Below, in pieces: positions 52,800 through 64,000 of a stretch of DNA of 64,000 bases. The DNA is from Octopus sinensis (taxonomy: Eukaryota), in contig NC_042999.1 in the NCBI RefSeq assembly GCF_006345805.1, positions 91,512,001 to 91,576,000 on the forward strand. The letters run 5' to 3'. Position 1 is the stretch's first letter, and each line of letters starts with the position of its first letter. A model generated the notes under the pieces. The model was not told the origin of the DNA. It searched no databases and worked only from the letters and a program-made list of their open reading frames with translations. A program made the position numbers and the translations under genes.

Positions 52800-53373
52800 G
52801 CAAAAATACTACAGAAACTAACTAAAAGAGCCAGACTCCTTATGTACTAGCTTGTATGAGCCGAGCATCTGGTATAAAGGGCCAGACAAACCAGATTCAC
52901 CGGAAAGCTCATGGTGTTTCCCTTTTTCGACATTATCTATATTCACTGGGGTCCCTCTGGTCATATTTACATGAAGGAATTTTTTAGAGAGTTCAGGAAG
53001 AGATTTCGTCGCAAAAGACCAGAGCACCTGCATCAGAATAATCTACCAGTCCATAATTCCCTCCTGGAAACCAACTACTTGATAGAGATGGACATCAAAC
53101 TAGTCCCTACCCTGCCTACTGTCCAGAAATTGCACCCTGTGAATTTTGAATTTCTCACAAGCTGAAGGAGAAGATGAAAGAGGCTGTGACAAGGTTCCTG
53201 CACACGTTTCCTTTGGAAGATTGCCATGGAACCTTCATGAAGTGTCCGGAGCGCTACAATAAATACATTGGAATCAGAGAAACCTGCTTTGAAGGAGATT
53301 AGAGTTTTGTATTTCTTTGAAATTAATAAATGTCTCTCCTAAAAAGGTGTCAAAGTTTCTGGAGTGCACCTTG
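52800..53373 (+). mobile_element. Mariner relic, internally deleted, 3' TIR present; preceded by a SINE A fragment (52680-52798, -)
   Basis: ..EFFREFRKRFRRKRP..HQNNLPVH..YLIEMDIKLVP..YCPEIAPCEF; ends GTGCACCTTG|TA. Confidence 0.75.
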
Positions 53374-53866
53374 TAATTTCATTCAAATCTAGAATGGATT
53401 TTATTAATAATTAGTACATCTGTCCATATTTGACCGGTATTTCATTTTGTCGACTTGGACAGGATGAATTAAAAATCTGACCTTATTTTATCCCATTTAC
53501 CTCCCGAATTCATTTTCACCAACTTTAATTTTACTTTTCCTTTTTCTGTGAGGTGCAAAGATAACTTAGTCCTAAGAATAATTATTAATGATGTCATGAA
53601 GTTAATGGGCAGAATCATTAGTGCATCTACAGTATTTCTCTTGAATGTTCTGAGTTCAAATCCGCCAAGGTCGACTTTTCATTTTATTCTTCCGGGATTG
53701 ATAAAATAATGAACGAATCAACTACATATATTGATTAATCAACTGTTCCCCCACCCTAACATCTCAGTCCTCGTATCTATTTTAGAAACAATTATTGCTT
53801 ACGTCATAATCAACTTTATTTCGATATTTCTATATCACGTTTTTTCCACTATCATTATTATTATTA

Positions 53867-53920
<54 letters not shown>

Positions 53921-54654
53921 GTTGCGGATTAGTCTTTAATTATTGTATTATCTTCTGTATTAAATTATGGTTTATAATGTCCATGTTAAATGAAGGGTTA
54001 TATCCCAATTTACAAATATTCGTATAATTAAGCACAAATTACGTGTCATTTACTGCATTTATGCAGTCAAAATAAGCTATTTAACATCATACTTTTTTTC
54101 TAGCGAATTCCATCTGTCAAAAGACGAAGAAGATAACACTTTAAAGCCTTCCGGTGGTTCTTAACATTACGGTAGAATCCTGAATTAAAACTGGTTAGAC
54201 TAGCGAGGATCTGAGAGAAAATTAAACGGAGTGATTTTATTGATTTGCAAGTAACTCAGTCAATCCTCCCCGATCTTAGTGTCACCTTGGATTAAAGACA
54301 CATTATCTGAGAGTTATTATTCTGTTAGTGATTATAATTTCGTCAGAAGCAAAGAGATTAAAATTCTGAAGGTTAAAAATTAAAGAACCTGGCTTCGTCT
54401 TCAACTGATATTGATTTCAACGGAATTCAGCAAGATAGCCGAAATAGAAATGGTAGCTTTGTAGGTGAATCAACAGTTGTAATACCAGAATCGAACTTAT
54501 TAATTTTATTCAAAATATAACACTATTCCTGTTAAAATATTGCATTTGAACATATATACTTTTATGTTTCCACGTATGTTTGTTTCATTCCTCATACGCA
54601 CATGTACAGGTATGCATGCACACATGCATATAATATGAACTGAAACGTAAGATT

Positions 54655-54850
54655 CTTTTCTAACCTGATGACGGAGGCTCGATTTATCCTATGTTTATTT
54701 GCTTCCATTACGGACTGCATATTTTGGTGAACTACATTTACCAACAAGATGACGGATCTCCGATCACCCCGAAACAGCTGTTAGACATATAACACCTTAC
54801 GTCTTTCCTTTTTATTTTCTTTGTCGTTTGTACGCTGCGTAGGTCTAATG
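54655..54850 (+). mobile_element. PLE terminal-repeat-like fragment with two decayed HHR motifs
   Basis: TCTAAC-CTGATGA-CGGAG (54659-54676) and GATGA-CGGATC(tcc)GATC..C-GAAAC-AGCT-GTT-AGA (54748-54785). Confidence 0.4.
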
Positions 54851-54944
54851 TAATAATATATAATATCTACATATCAGTACTTCAATATTCATCAACTGAA
54901 AATCTTCAGTCTTTGCTTTCTTTCTGTTTGCATGTATACATACA

Positions 54945-55745
54945 TACTCCTTTACTCATTTCGGCCATGCGGCCGTTGTCATGCTGGAGCACCACTATGA
55001 TCTTTCTGACTTCCTCCTCAGCCTGGGTGTTTCACATTACCACTCCTGTATGTGCCTTTGTACCAGCTATTGGTACTTTGGTGTATAAGTGAGTTTGATT
55101 CCGCTGCCCTCGTCTGTACTTCATGTCGGGCTGTTAGTTTAACCGGTATTGTGTAGAGGAGGATGTCTAGTTCCTTTTTGAAGTCATCTAATTCCACCTT
55201 ATGCAAATTTCTTAATTTTTGTGGCAGAGCATTGAGGAGCTGTCGGCCTTTGAACCCTAGACTATTGCAGTATCTGGTCCTGAATTTAGATAGAGTGGAT
55301 GGTACTTTGGTACAATATAATGACAGTCAGTTCTGGCATTTGTATAACACTCAATGCCAAAGTTAGGTACTAGCCCTTCTAGGATTTTCCATATGTATAT
55401 TATCGCATATCTCTCACGCCTTCGCTCCAGAGAGTAAAGCTTTTGTTTCCTCAGCCTATCTCTGTAGCTCATCCGCTGCACTGGTTCAATTTTTTTAGTG
55501 TAGTGGCGTTAGACTGCTTCAATTTCCGCTGTTAGTTTCGCACTATGTGGTGACCATAACTGGGAGCAGTAGTCCAGGCGGCTGAGAACAAAGGTTCTCC
55601 ACAGGGTCAACATAGTTTCTTGGTTTCTTGTCTTGAAGGATCTCAGTATCCATCCTGTCAGTTGTCTGCACTTTGCTGCCATCTTGCTAATGTGCATATA
55701 AAATGATGCACCATTGCACATACTGATCCTCAAGTCTTTCATTCA
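54945..55745 (-). mobile_element. APE-type (CR1/L2-group-like) LINE, 5'-truncated RT C-terminus plus 3' UTR
   Basis: TGWILRSFKTR..LSRLDYCSQLWSP..YSLERRRERYAIIYIWKILEGLVPN..NSLGFKG.QL.N.LP; ends GGTGCTCCAGCATG. Confidence 0.85.
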
Positions 55746-55755
55746 TTGCATATTC

Positions 55756-56150
55756 TACAAGGTGCAGACTCTTCTTATTTGAACAATCTAACATTCTGAT
55801 GTTTAAGGTAAATTACTTTAGAAGTTATAGTGCCTTCCCTCTAAAAAAATTGTACAATTCCTCATGTTCAGGTATATATTTGTGCCTGAAATATACGACT
55901 CGGGTAAATATGTTTTCTTTCAAAGTCATTCCGTTGATTTCAATTCGCACACATTTATAGTTTTTAATAATATTATTGCGATCGAAGCTGATTAGCTCTG
56001 ACGCATCGAGGATGAAACAAATTCATAATCAACGATGTTCCATCAGCGAAAACAGCCGATTTTAAGGGCATCTAGACCTGCCATATCTAACACATCTTGT
56101 TGCTTTTGAAGAGGAAAAAAAATAAGGTGTGTCATGAATGCGATTAACTA
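55756..56150. mobile_element. Possible mariner-type DNA transposon end
   Basis: Starts TA|CAAGGTGCAGACTC, like the TIR at 53360-53375; remainder not interpretable. Confidence 0.3.
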
Positions 56151-56728
56151 CTATTTCTAGCAACTCAAATGACGATTGAAAGGATCGCTGAATGGTTGTT
56201 GTGGCGCTCATTTCGCATGTTTCGACTTTAACGTTTTTCTTTTCTAAATATTCTTTATTGGACGCTCAGATAAGACAGAAATAATGTTATCATGATGTAG
56301 TCATTTAATAATTCTTATTCTCCCCTTTTCCCTTTCTTCGTTTCTTATTTTTATCGTTATATTTCTTCTGTTTTTTCATGTTTCTTTCCTTTTCTCACAT
56401 AACATGCTAATTGAACCGATACCCAAACGACACACTATGACTGTACATTCACACACTGTCACGCACGCACTCACACACCCATGCTCGCATACACACACAC
56501 ACACACACACACGCACGCACACACGCACTCCCTGCTATTTTTCTCACTCACACACTCTCTCTCTCTCTCACAAATTAGCTCCATACATACACAACAGAAT
56601 GACAGAACACATATACACATACTCTCCCACACACATGCATACAAAGAAGCATGCACGCATACTTTCGTATACGCAGTCACAGACAGCTATCAAGTATTTA
56701 GGCGCGTGACATTTACAGACATTCATTA

Positions 56729-56776
<48 letters not shown>

Positions 56777-57009
56777 ACTCACAACCATGTACATACACGT
56801 TTCATTCTTACACACTGTCACTCAAGTTTTAAAAAAAAACAAAAAAAAACATGCGCATACACGAAATTCTATATCCGTCACACACACACACACACACACA
56901 CACACCCATATTAATACATTCAGAAATACACTTACACATATACTCACACGCTCTAGAAAACAAGATGCTCACAAGCAAATGCATACACACTCAAGCTATA
57001 CTCACACCC

Positions 57010-57341
57010 GTGAGGGCGCGTGGCTTAGTGGTTAGGGCATTCGGCTCATGATCGTAAGGTTGTGAGTTCGATTCCCGGCGACGCGTTGTGTCCTTGAGCA
57101 AGACACTTTATTTCACGTTGCTCCAGTCCACTCAGCTGGCAAAAATGAGTTGTACTTGTATTTCAAAGGGTCAGCCTTGTCACTCTCTGTGTCACGCTGA
57201 TTATCCCCGAGAACTACGTTAAGGGTACACGTGTCTGTGGAATGCTCAGCCATTTGCACGTTAATTTCACGAGCAAGCTGTTCCGTTGATCGTATCAGCT
57301 GGGACCCTCGTCGTCGTAACCGGCGGAGTCTTTTTTTTTTA
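57010..57341 (+). mobile_element. Complete tRNA-derived SINE (family C) with 12-bp target-site duplication
   Basis: A box TGGCTTAGTGG (57021-31), B box GAGTTCGATTCC (57064-75), T-tract tail; TSD ATACTCACACCC at 56998-57009 and 57342-57353. Confidence 0.9.
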
Positions 57342-57768
57342 ATACTCACACCCACTTCCACATACATACGTTCACATACCAACTCACATACGCATATATA
57401 TCGTCATACGTTTATAGAGATCTACTACATATACGCATATGCAAATACTTATTCAAAACGTACATATATTCATTCATGCACACACAGGCTCAATTACAAA
57501 CATAATTTCCTCACCCTCACCTCACTTTCTCTTTGTCTTTCTGTCTTTCTCAATTCTTATTTACATTTCTCTTTTTCCTTTTTCTCCTCACTCCCATAAT
57601 CACTCTCTCTCTCTCTCTCTCTCTCTTTCACTCCACCCTTTCTCCCTTTCTAAATGTTGTTTTTTTTTTCTTTCTTAATCTTCTATCCGTTTCTATCACG
57701 AAAATTTATGACTCCTCTCACAATTTATAACCCTGCTTATCTCACCCGACCACACTGATTGACGAACG

Positions 57769-57855
<87 letters not shown>

Positions 57856-59465
57856 GAGTAGTCCTCTTCTGCGCCATATGTGACAGAAATCATCGCAGCC
57901 ACAAGTATTCACACAGTTTCACCAATCGAGTAATAATCTTCCACGCATGTCTGTCACACGTCCAATGCGTCAAGATGCTATGACGTTCCACAAATGACTA
58001 TCACTCCTTCAGCCATCAAAGTATCACTATACCCATAATTGCAGCTCATAACCAGTCCTATGAATGCACTCCTGCACACACACACAAACACACACACACA
58101 CTCACGCGCGCTCGCGAATGCCACTCACACCCATAAATAAACGGATCACCATACCTACAAATGCCTCTACCACCTTCACCCATGGAAACCCCATACTGAC
58201 CTTCCTTACTGTTGTATCATCATAACCACAACTGACTATCACATCTTCCTTCATCACAACAACATCATATCACAACATCATCATATTTAGTGGTTATTCC
58301 CACAATACCCCACAAAAATTGACCATCACATCTACAAATGATACTCATACAGCCGAATTTCAAGCTATAACTAAATTAGCTATTTTTCTTCTACGTCTGC
58401 CTATATTTACGTCTCGGTACTATCTCAGGCTCATGTGTCCGTTATTCTTTACCGATCGAGGTACCTTTTAGAAGCATGATTGCCATCAAAGTACCCGAAA
58501 TTGCCACTGCACCTTCACCGAAAGAGCTTTCGTCATATTCACAGTTGTCACTTCCACTCCCACTCCCACTGTTACCCACCACCACAATTTCCACTCCATT
58601 CATCCAATTATTATCACATCAAATGTGTTCCTCACATCGCATTCCTCAAGTTAACATCTCACACACACACAAATGTCATACATATCCATATCCATCGCAG
58701 TATCAGTAAATTCTCTTCACATTTCTATAAAACCATAATAGTTCCTTTCGTAATCCACAGCCCATTATTTAAATCGTACATCAGCCCATATATCTTTTTT
58801 TCCACAGCTACCCTACACACAACAGAACGATCAAGACCCACTCTCCATTTCCATTAAGGTCTTGTCACGCACGAAAATCCTTAAATAGCTATCCACCTCT
58901 TGTAATCTAATAGCCCATTCTACCTGTTCTCCTAAGCCTCTATCTTTCATAGTTCCACAGACGCACACACTCCAGTGGTTATGTATAATCTAATCCAATT
59001 GCCATTTGTCATTCAAAGCATCCCTATCTCCCCGCTCTCTCTCTCTCTTACTCACAGCCCCCCCCCCCAACACACACAGACGCATACACGCTCACTGCAA
59101 TTTCTACCTAGACACTCCAGTATTCACGCGCCCACTCCAATGGCCGCCAAGTCATCTGAATTCACCTGCATATGAAGCCAACAGCCATTTACCATACACT
59201 TCATTCATACCGTATACACACACACACACACACAGAAGACGCCCATATACTACAAGAGACTTATGCAGCACACTCCAGTATCCACCCACGCAACTCAGAA
59301 ACCACCTACACTCTCCTGTTGCTACGCATACTCTACTCACACTCCAGCTGTCACCCCACACACCATCAATCATTCACACGCTTCAGTAAACCATGCACCT
59401 TCCCCACTATAGCCCACCCAGATTGTCATCCATAATCTTTCGTTTAATCTCTAAGCCTCTATAAA

Positions 59466-59499
<34 letters not shown>

Positions 59500-59809
59500 T
59501 CCCGTGGCCATTAGGACTATAATCTAATATTCCTCCAAGCCTGCCAAGACACACACTGGTTCTTTCTCCCGTTCTCTCTCTCACTTACGCACACACACAC
59601 ACACACACATATTAGTAAATACGGGTCTCTTCGAAAATTCTCGCCCCTTTCCATCAACTCTTTAACCCAAGTTTTCTTTACGCACTCTCAAATCCGAGCC
59701 AAGCCCTCTATAATCCTAAATTCTTGTTAACCTAAATGGCTGGTCCCACCCATACCCAGTCTTTTACGTTCCTTCTTCATTCTCCTCACTCACGCTCTCT
59801 CGACTAATA

Positions 59810-59950
59810 TTCTTTTCTACTCTGGGCGCAAGGCTCGAAATTTTTGGAGAGGGGGCCAGTCTATTAGATCGACCACAGTACGCAATGAAAAGCAAAGTCA
59901 ACCTCGGCGAATTTGAACTCAGAACGTAACGACAGACGAAATACCGAAAT
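59810..59950 (-). mobile_element. SINE family A, internally deleted
   Basis: Family match. Confidence 0.7.
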
Positions 59951-60659
59951 TCCTGATACTCGGCTTCATTCCAGTCCAGAACGTCAGCAATAAACAAACA
60001 ATTAAAGCTGTAATTTAGCTTACGTCACTTCTGATCAGCCATTCCATCCATGATCAGCACAACTTTTTTTAATATCGTATTATGCAATGTTTTAAGGCGG
60101 TGATGATGTAATCATTAGGATATTTGACAGTTTGAACCATCTTCGATACAAATAATTTCATTTGATAGTGATCGTGTTGTTACTGTTCCTGTTGTTCAAC
60201 CTTAACTTAGCATTGAGCGTCTCATCATTTAATATACTCAGGACCATATTGTCAAATGCGACATTCCTTATCTGAAATCACACCCTACTATATTCAACAA
60301 AGAGGGAGACATTGATAGAATAGTTCGAGATACGTTATGCCAAAAATATGTTAGGTGAGTTATGGCAAGAACGACAATTAAATAATAAAATGTCGGAATA
60401 ATTGTTGTTGGTTGTGATTTTTTTGTTGTGGCCCGAGATCATGACCGATAAAACACAGATGTAAAATGGAAATAGTCAGTGTCTATACTAGGTGTCATTG
60501 ACATATCCATTTAGTTATGACATTTCACTTTTTAAAGAAGTACTTTTATATTGCTATCAGCCTTGCCATGGTTTACAGTACGAAGTGTTACCGATGAGTC
60601 ATTCGCTTTTTCTAACACAGACCAGTCTGTTTTTTTATATGTTAATAATTAGGTCGTGG

Positions 60660-60890
60660 TAAGGCGGCGAGCTGGCAGAATTGTTTCCGCACCGGGAAAA
60701 ATGTTTGGCAGCATAGCAGCATTTCTTTCGACTTAACGTTCTAAGTTCAAATACCACCGGGGTCACCTTTGCCATTCATCCTTTTGGGTTGATAAAATAG
60801 TACCAGTTGTGCATTGGTGCCGATGATATTTTCTTACCGTCTCTCTCGAAATTGTTGGCCTTGTGCCAGAATCTGAAACCAATAATTATG
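60660..60890 (+). mobile_element. SINE family A, diverged
   Basis: AAGGCGGCGAGCTGGCAGAA head; family match. Confidence 0.75.
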
Positions 60891-61269
60891 GTTGTGGTGA
60901 ACTAAACAGTGAATGCAGGTGTTACGAGCTCAGTCGGGGAGTTATAATTGTCGCACTCTGCATTTACACTCGTTCTTAGTATCCTAGTACCACCAAGTTG
61001 CTATTGTGTAGTCCAGGTCAGTCCTGATCGATCAGTCCTTCAGTATGTCATTCAGATACCCGACCAAACGACGGGGTGCTATGCATATCTATTTTCACAT
61101 TTATATCATGACTTCATTTAAGCGGGATCATACCGCACACGCTGAATTGAATTATATTGGATTCAACTTCACCGTATTGACAGTTTTTTTTTTTCCACAT
61201 CCTCTGTATGCCGCAATTCTGGTGATAACCAAGGCAAAGTCGGGCAAAGTAACCTCGGACAGATCGAGG

Positions 61270-62100
61270 CAGTTGCTATTCTTCAAAATTTATTGTTTGG
61301 AGGATTGTGCAGTGAGGGCATTGGTAGTGAAGTTATTTCTGTTATGTATGTGTACCTTATACTTGTATAGGCTGAGTAGGAGAAGCAACGCTTTGAAGAC
61401 GTATTTTTACTTCGTGATGATGTATGTATGTCTGTTTATCTAAAGGTGATTTTTGTGTTGTAACAGGAATTGGAGAGGTTGAAGCTTGCTATGACAACAC
61501 ACTGCACTCATAAGAAAACACTTTAACGTCCAATAGACCTTTCATATTTTGTATTATAGTTTGTGTGTATAGCTCTGGTCTGTGTAGTATGTACAGAATT
61601 TGCTATGGTGCACACTTGTGCAGATTTGTCTTCTCTGTAGTTTGTTGTGGAGAGATTGGGACCTATGCAGAACTGGAATTGTCAAATGTATAATTTACAC
61701 ATCATTATAGATACTTTATGTTGACCAAAAATAATACTGACAGTCGCTCTACGTATATTTGTACGTCAGGATTCTGAATTATATATATAGGCTGCGGTAG
61801 TTGCGCAGCAATACCTGGAGAATGCAGGCAATATATGAGTATGATGTCACCTGAGTGTGTGGCTTCTGTTTCTGAAGAGATGAGGGAAATCATGTAGGTA
61901 CAGGTCGAAAACATCGGTTGAGAGAACGGATATTTACTGAGTACTGAGTTAAGGAAATTATATGTTCAGGAAGCATTCTACAGACACTTGACGGTCTGAC
62001 AGACAGTTTCCAAGCCAGTGTCGAGTATGTTTTAGATGAGTGGATGGCAGTTAATGGAAACTGAAGCGTTTATATATGTCTATGGTTGTTAGAACGGAAT
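61270..62100 (-). mobile_element. Highly decayed LINE RT C-terminal region (I/Jockey/CR1-like)
   Basis: Fragmentary motifs only (LDNSSSA*VP, NKLQRRQ, KRCFSY). Confidence 0.35.
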
Positions 62101-62775
62101 ATATGTGATATTTTTTGTTGTTGAAGCTATCAGGTATTTTCTGTGTTAGTTTTGTGAGGCTGTGTAAAACATTCAGTAATAAGCTGAATTCACGTTGTGA
62201 TCTAGGAGCGATAATATGTGACTGGATGATGTCGAGAATTAACCTTTGTTCCGGTTTTTTGAAGATGGCTTATATGTCTGTATGATGATAGTATTCTGCA
62301 TAATGTTAGTATTCTAGTTTTAGTTGGAGCTTAGAATTGTTATCATTTTGGGAATTTGACTATATTCATATTAGTAGTCACTTTTATAAAATAGTCAACG
62401 CAGGGATTCTTTCCGGTCTCTGCTGTGTCAGACGTATATTTGTGATAACGTGATATATATATTAGTGATAACATCAGATATATACTTGTAATATCGCCTG
62501 TTTTTTTACATTTTAGATTTCCATATCATTATGTGGGTGTCTGACGGAAGGTGAATAATTTTAGTTTAATATTTCAGTCTTCTTTGTATGTTTTTTTTAA
62601 TGGCTTATATTCGAAAATGCTTGGAAAGAGTGTTTCCATGGTGTTGCATTATAGGTATACTACTTGAGATATGATATGTGATGTGGCTGTTGTTAGTGGT
62701 GGGGGAAGCTAATTTCTTTATATAATGTTAAAATTTTATTTGGCTATGAATGGAACTACTATTTGACAGTTCATT

Positions 62776-62779
62776 ATTA

Positions 62780-62836
<57 letters not shown>

Positions 62837-62853
62837 TATTATTATTATTATTA

Positions 62854-62888
<35 letters not shown>

Positions 62889-63775
62889 TATTATTATTAT
62901 TATATGTTTGACTTTTGCTTTGTATTTGTACAAGTTGATTCCAAGTCTCACTCAGAGACAACAAGCTAGAAATTCTTGTTGGTGTTATGCCTAGAGTATC
63001 ATATATTTGGTTTTGCACATAGTATTGTTCTAGAGAATGTTTAAGAAAACAAGAAAAATATGGGTTTGTTTTACATTGTGAGATTACATAGACAGTATTT
63101 TACGTAGGATATGGGCAGTTCTTATGAGCACTATCTTTTGAATTTTTGCCGTTTTGGGGTTTCCTGGGTTCTGAGCTAGGTAGGAATCAGCCCCTTTTGC
63201 TATCATTCCTGGGGCACCTACGACAACAAGTATTATTTTAGTCTTCAGGTTTCATATATTGACAATTTCTATTTCAAGATTTTTATACTTACTCAGTTTT
63301 TGGTAGGTCTTGACAGATATTATGTCGATTGGGATAGTTATATCAATGAGGCGACATGATTTTTGTCTGAAGTCTTTCAATATAATGTCTGGCCTATTCT
63401 CATCTATCTTTCTGTCAGTTTGAATAGTGAAGTTCCTGAGGTGTGAGATGTGATCATTTTCAAGCACTGGAGGTGGTTTGTGTTCCCACCAGTTTTTATC
63501 ATGGGGTAGGTCAAGGTTTTTGCAAATTACCCAGTGAATATATTATGCAGCTCTATCATACCTATAGGCGCAAGAAGACTGCATACGAAGACAACATGAT
63601 CAATGGTTTCATTTTGTTGTTGACATGCACGACATGATCAATGGTTTCATTTTGTTGTTGACATACACGACATGTTGAGCTACTGCCGTTCTTTAATATG
63701 TTGGCCTGGTAGTCCCTTGTGGGTAGGCATTGATCTTGGACTGCTATAATAAGCCCTTCTGATTCTGATTTTAAA
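62776..63775 (-). mobile_element. Second, 5'-truncated copy of the Dong-like LINE with (TAA)n tail (62776-62902)
   Basis: Homologous to 29986-30700; retains NRPDII..LIDITIP; 41-bp tandem duplication at ~63590-63672. Confidence 0.9.
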
Positions 63776-64000
63776 CGAAGAGCGCAATTCGATTGCAATT
63801 TATATTTTATTCGTTGAACGATATTTCGACAGTAAGTCTGTCTTTGTCAAGTTCAAAATAAGAAGTGACAAAAATTCAAAATTATAGAAATTTAAATTAA
63901 AAGTATGAACGAGAGCAACCAGCGTACACATGTTGATGGAATGACATCATCAGTCTTCAAGTTTCAATTTTATAACAGGCGAAAAGAAAAAGACGGAAAA

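Noticed and set aside
57010-57080. tRNA gene
   Set aside because: It continues into a SINE body with tail and TSD; no complete cloverleaf or acceptor stem.

Overview
AT-rich, microsatellite-dense eukaryotic DNA. The SINE families, TA/CA/TAA/TCTA/TATG arrays and LINE types look like octopus (coleoid cephalopod) genome; this is my inference from repeat recognition, not a database result. I recognise no intact host protein-coding gene: nearly all ORFs in the track are microsatellite read-throughs or transposon fragments. The window is a transposable-element graveyard. It holds a near full-length but frameshifted R4/Dong-like RLE LINE in (TAA)n (29986-33929, -) plus a truncated second copy, HERO-like and other RLE-LINE 3' ends, CR1-like LINE ends, several Tc1/mariner/maT relics, a pogo-like MITE, Helitron ends and three tRNA-derived SINE families. 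The most striking unexplained signal is RNA-structural: the window is rich in hammerhead-ribozyme (HHR) motifs linked to Penelope-like element (PLE) ends. In two unrelated families the HHR is duplicated head-to-head, so each strand carries one. The first is a ~160-200 nt dual-polarity cassette present twice (7636-7793 and 10307-10504), inside a 3-kb inverted repeat. The second is a near-perfect 430-bp palindrome (40478-40907) with a core-intact minimal HHR on each arm. A scrambled HHR-like motif also sits in the HERO 3' UTR. All pairings were read by eye; no folding software or database search was run.
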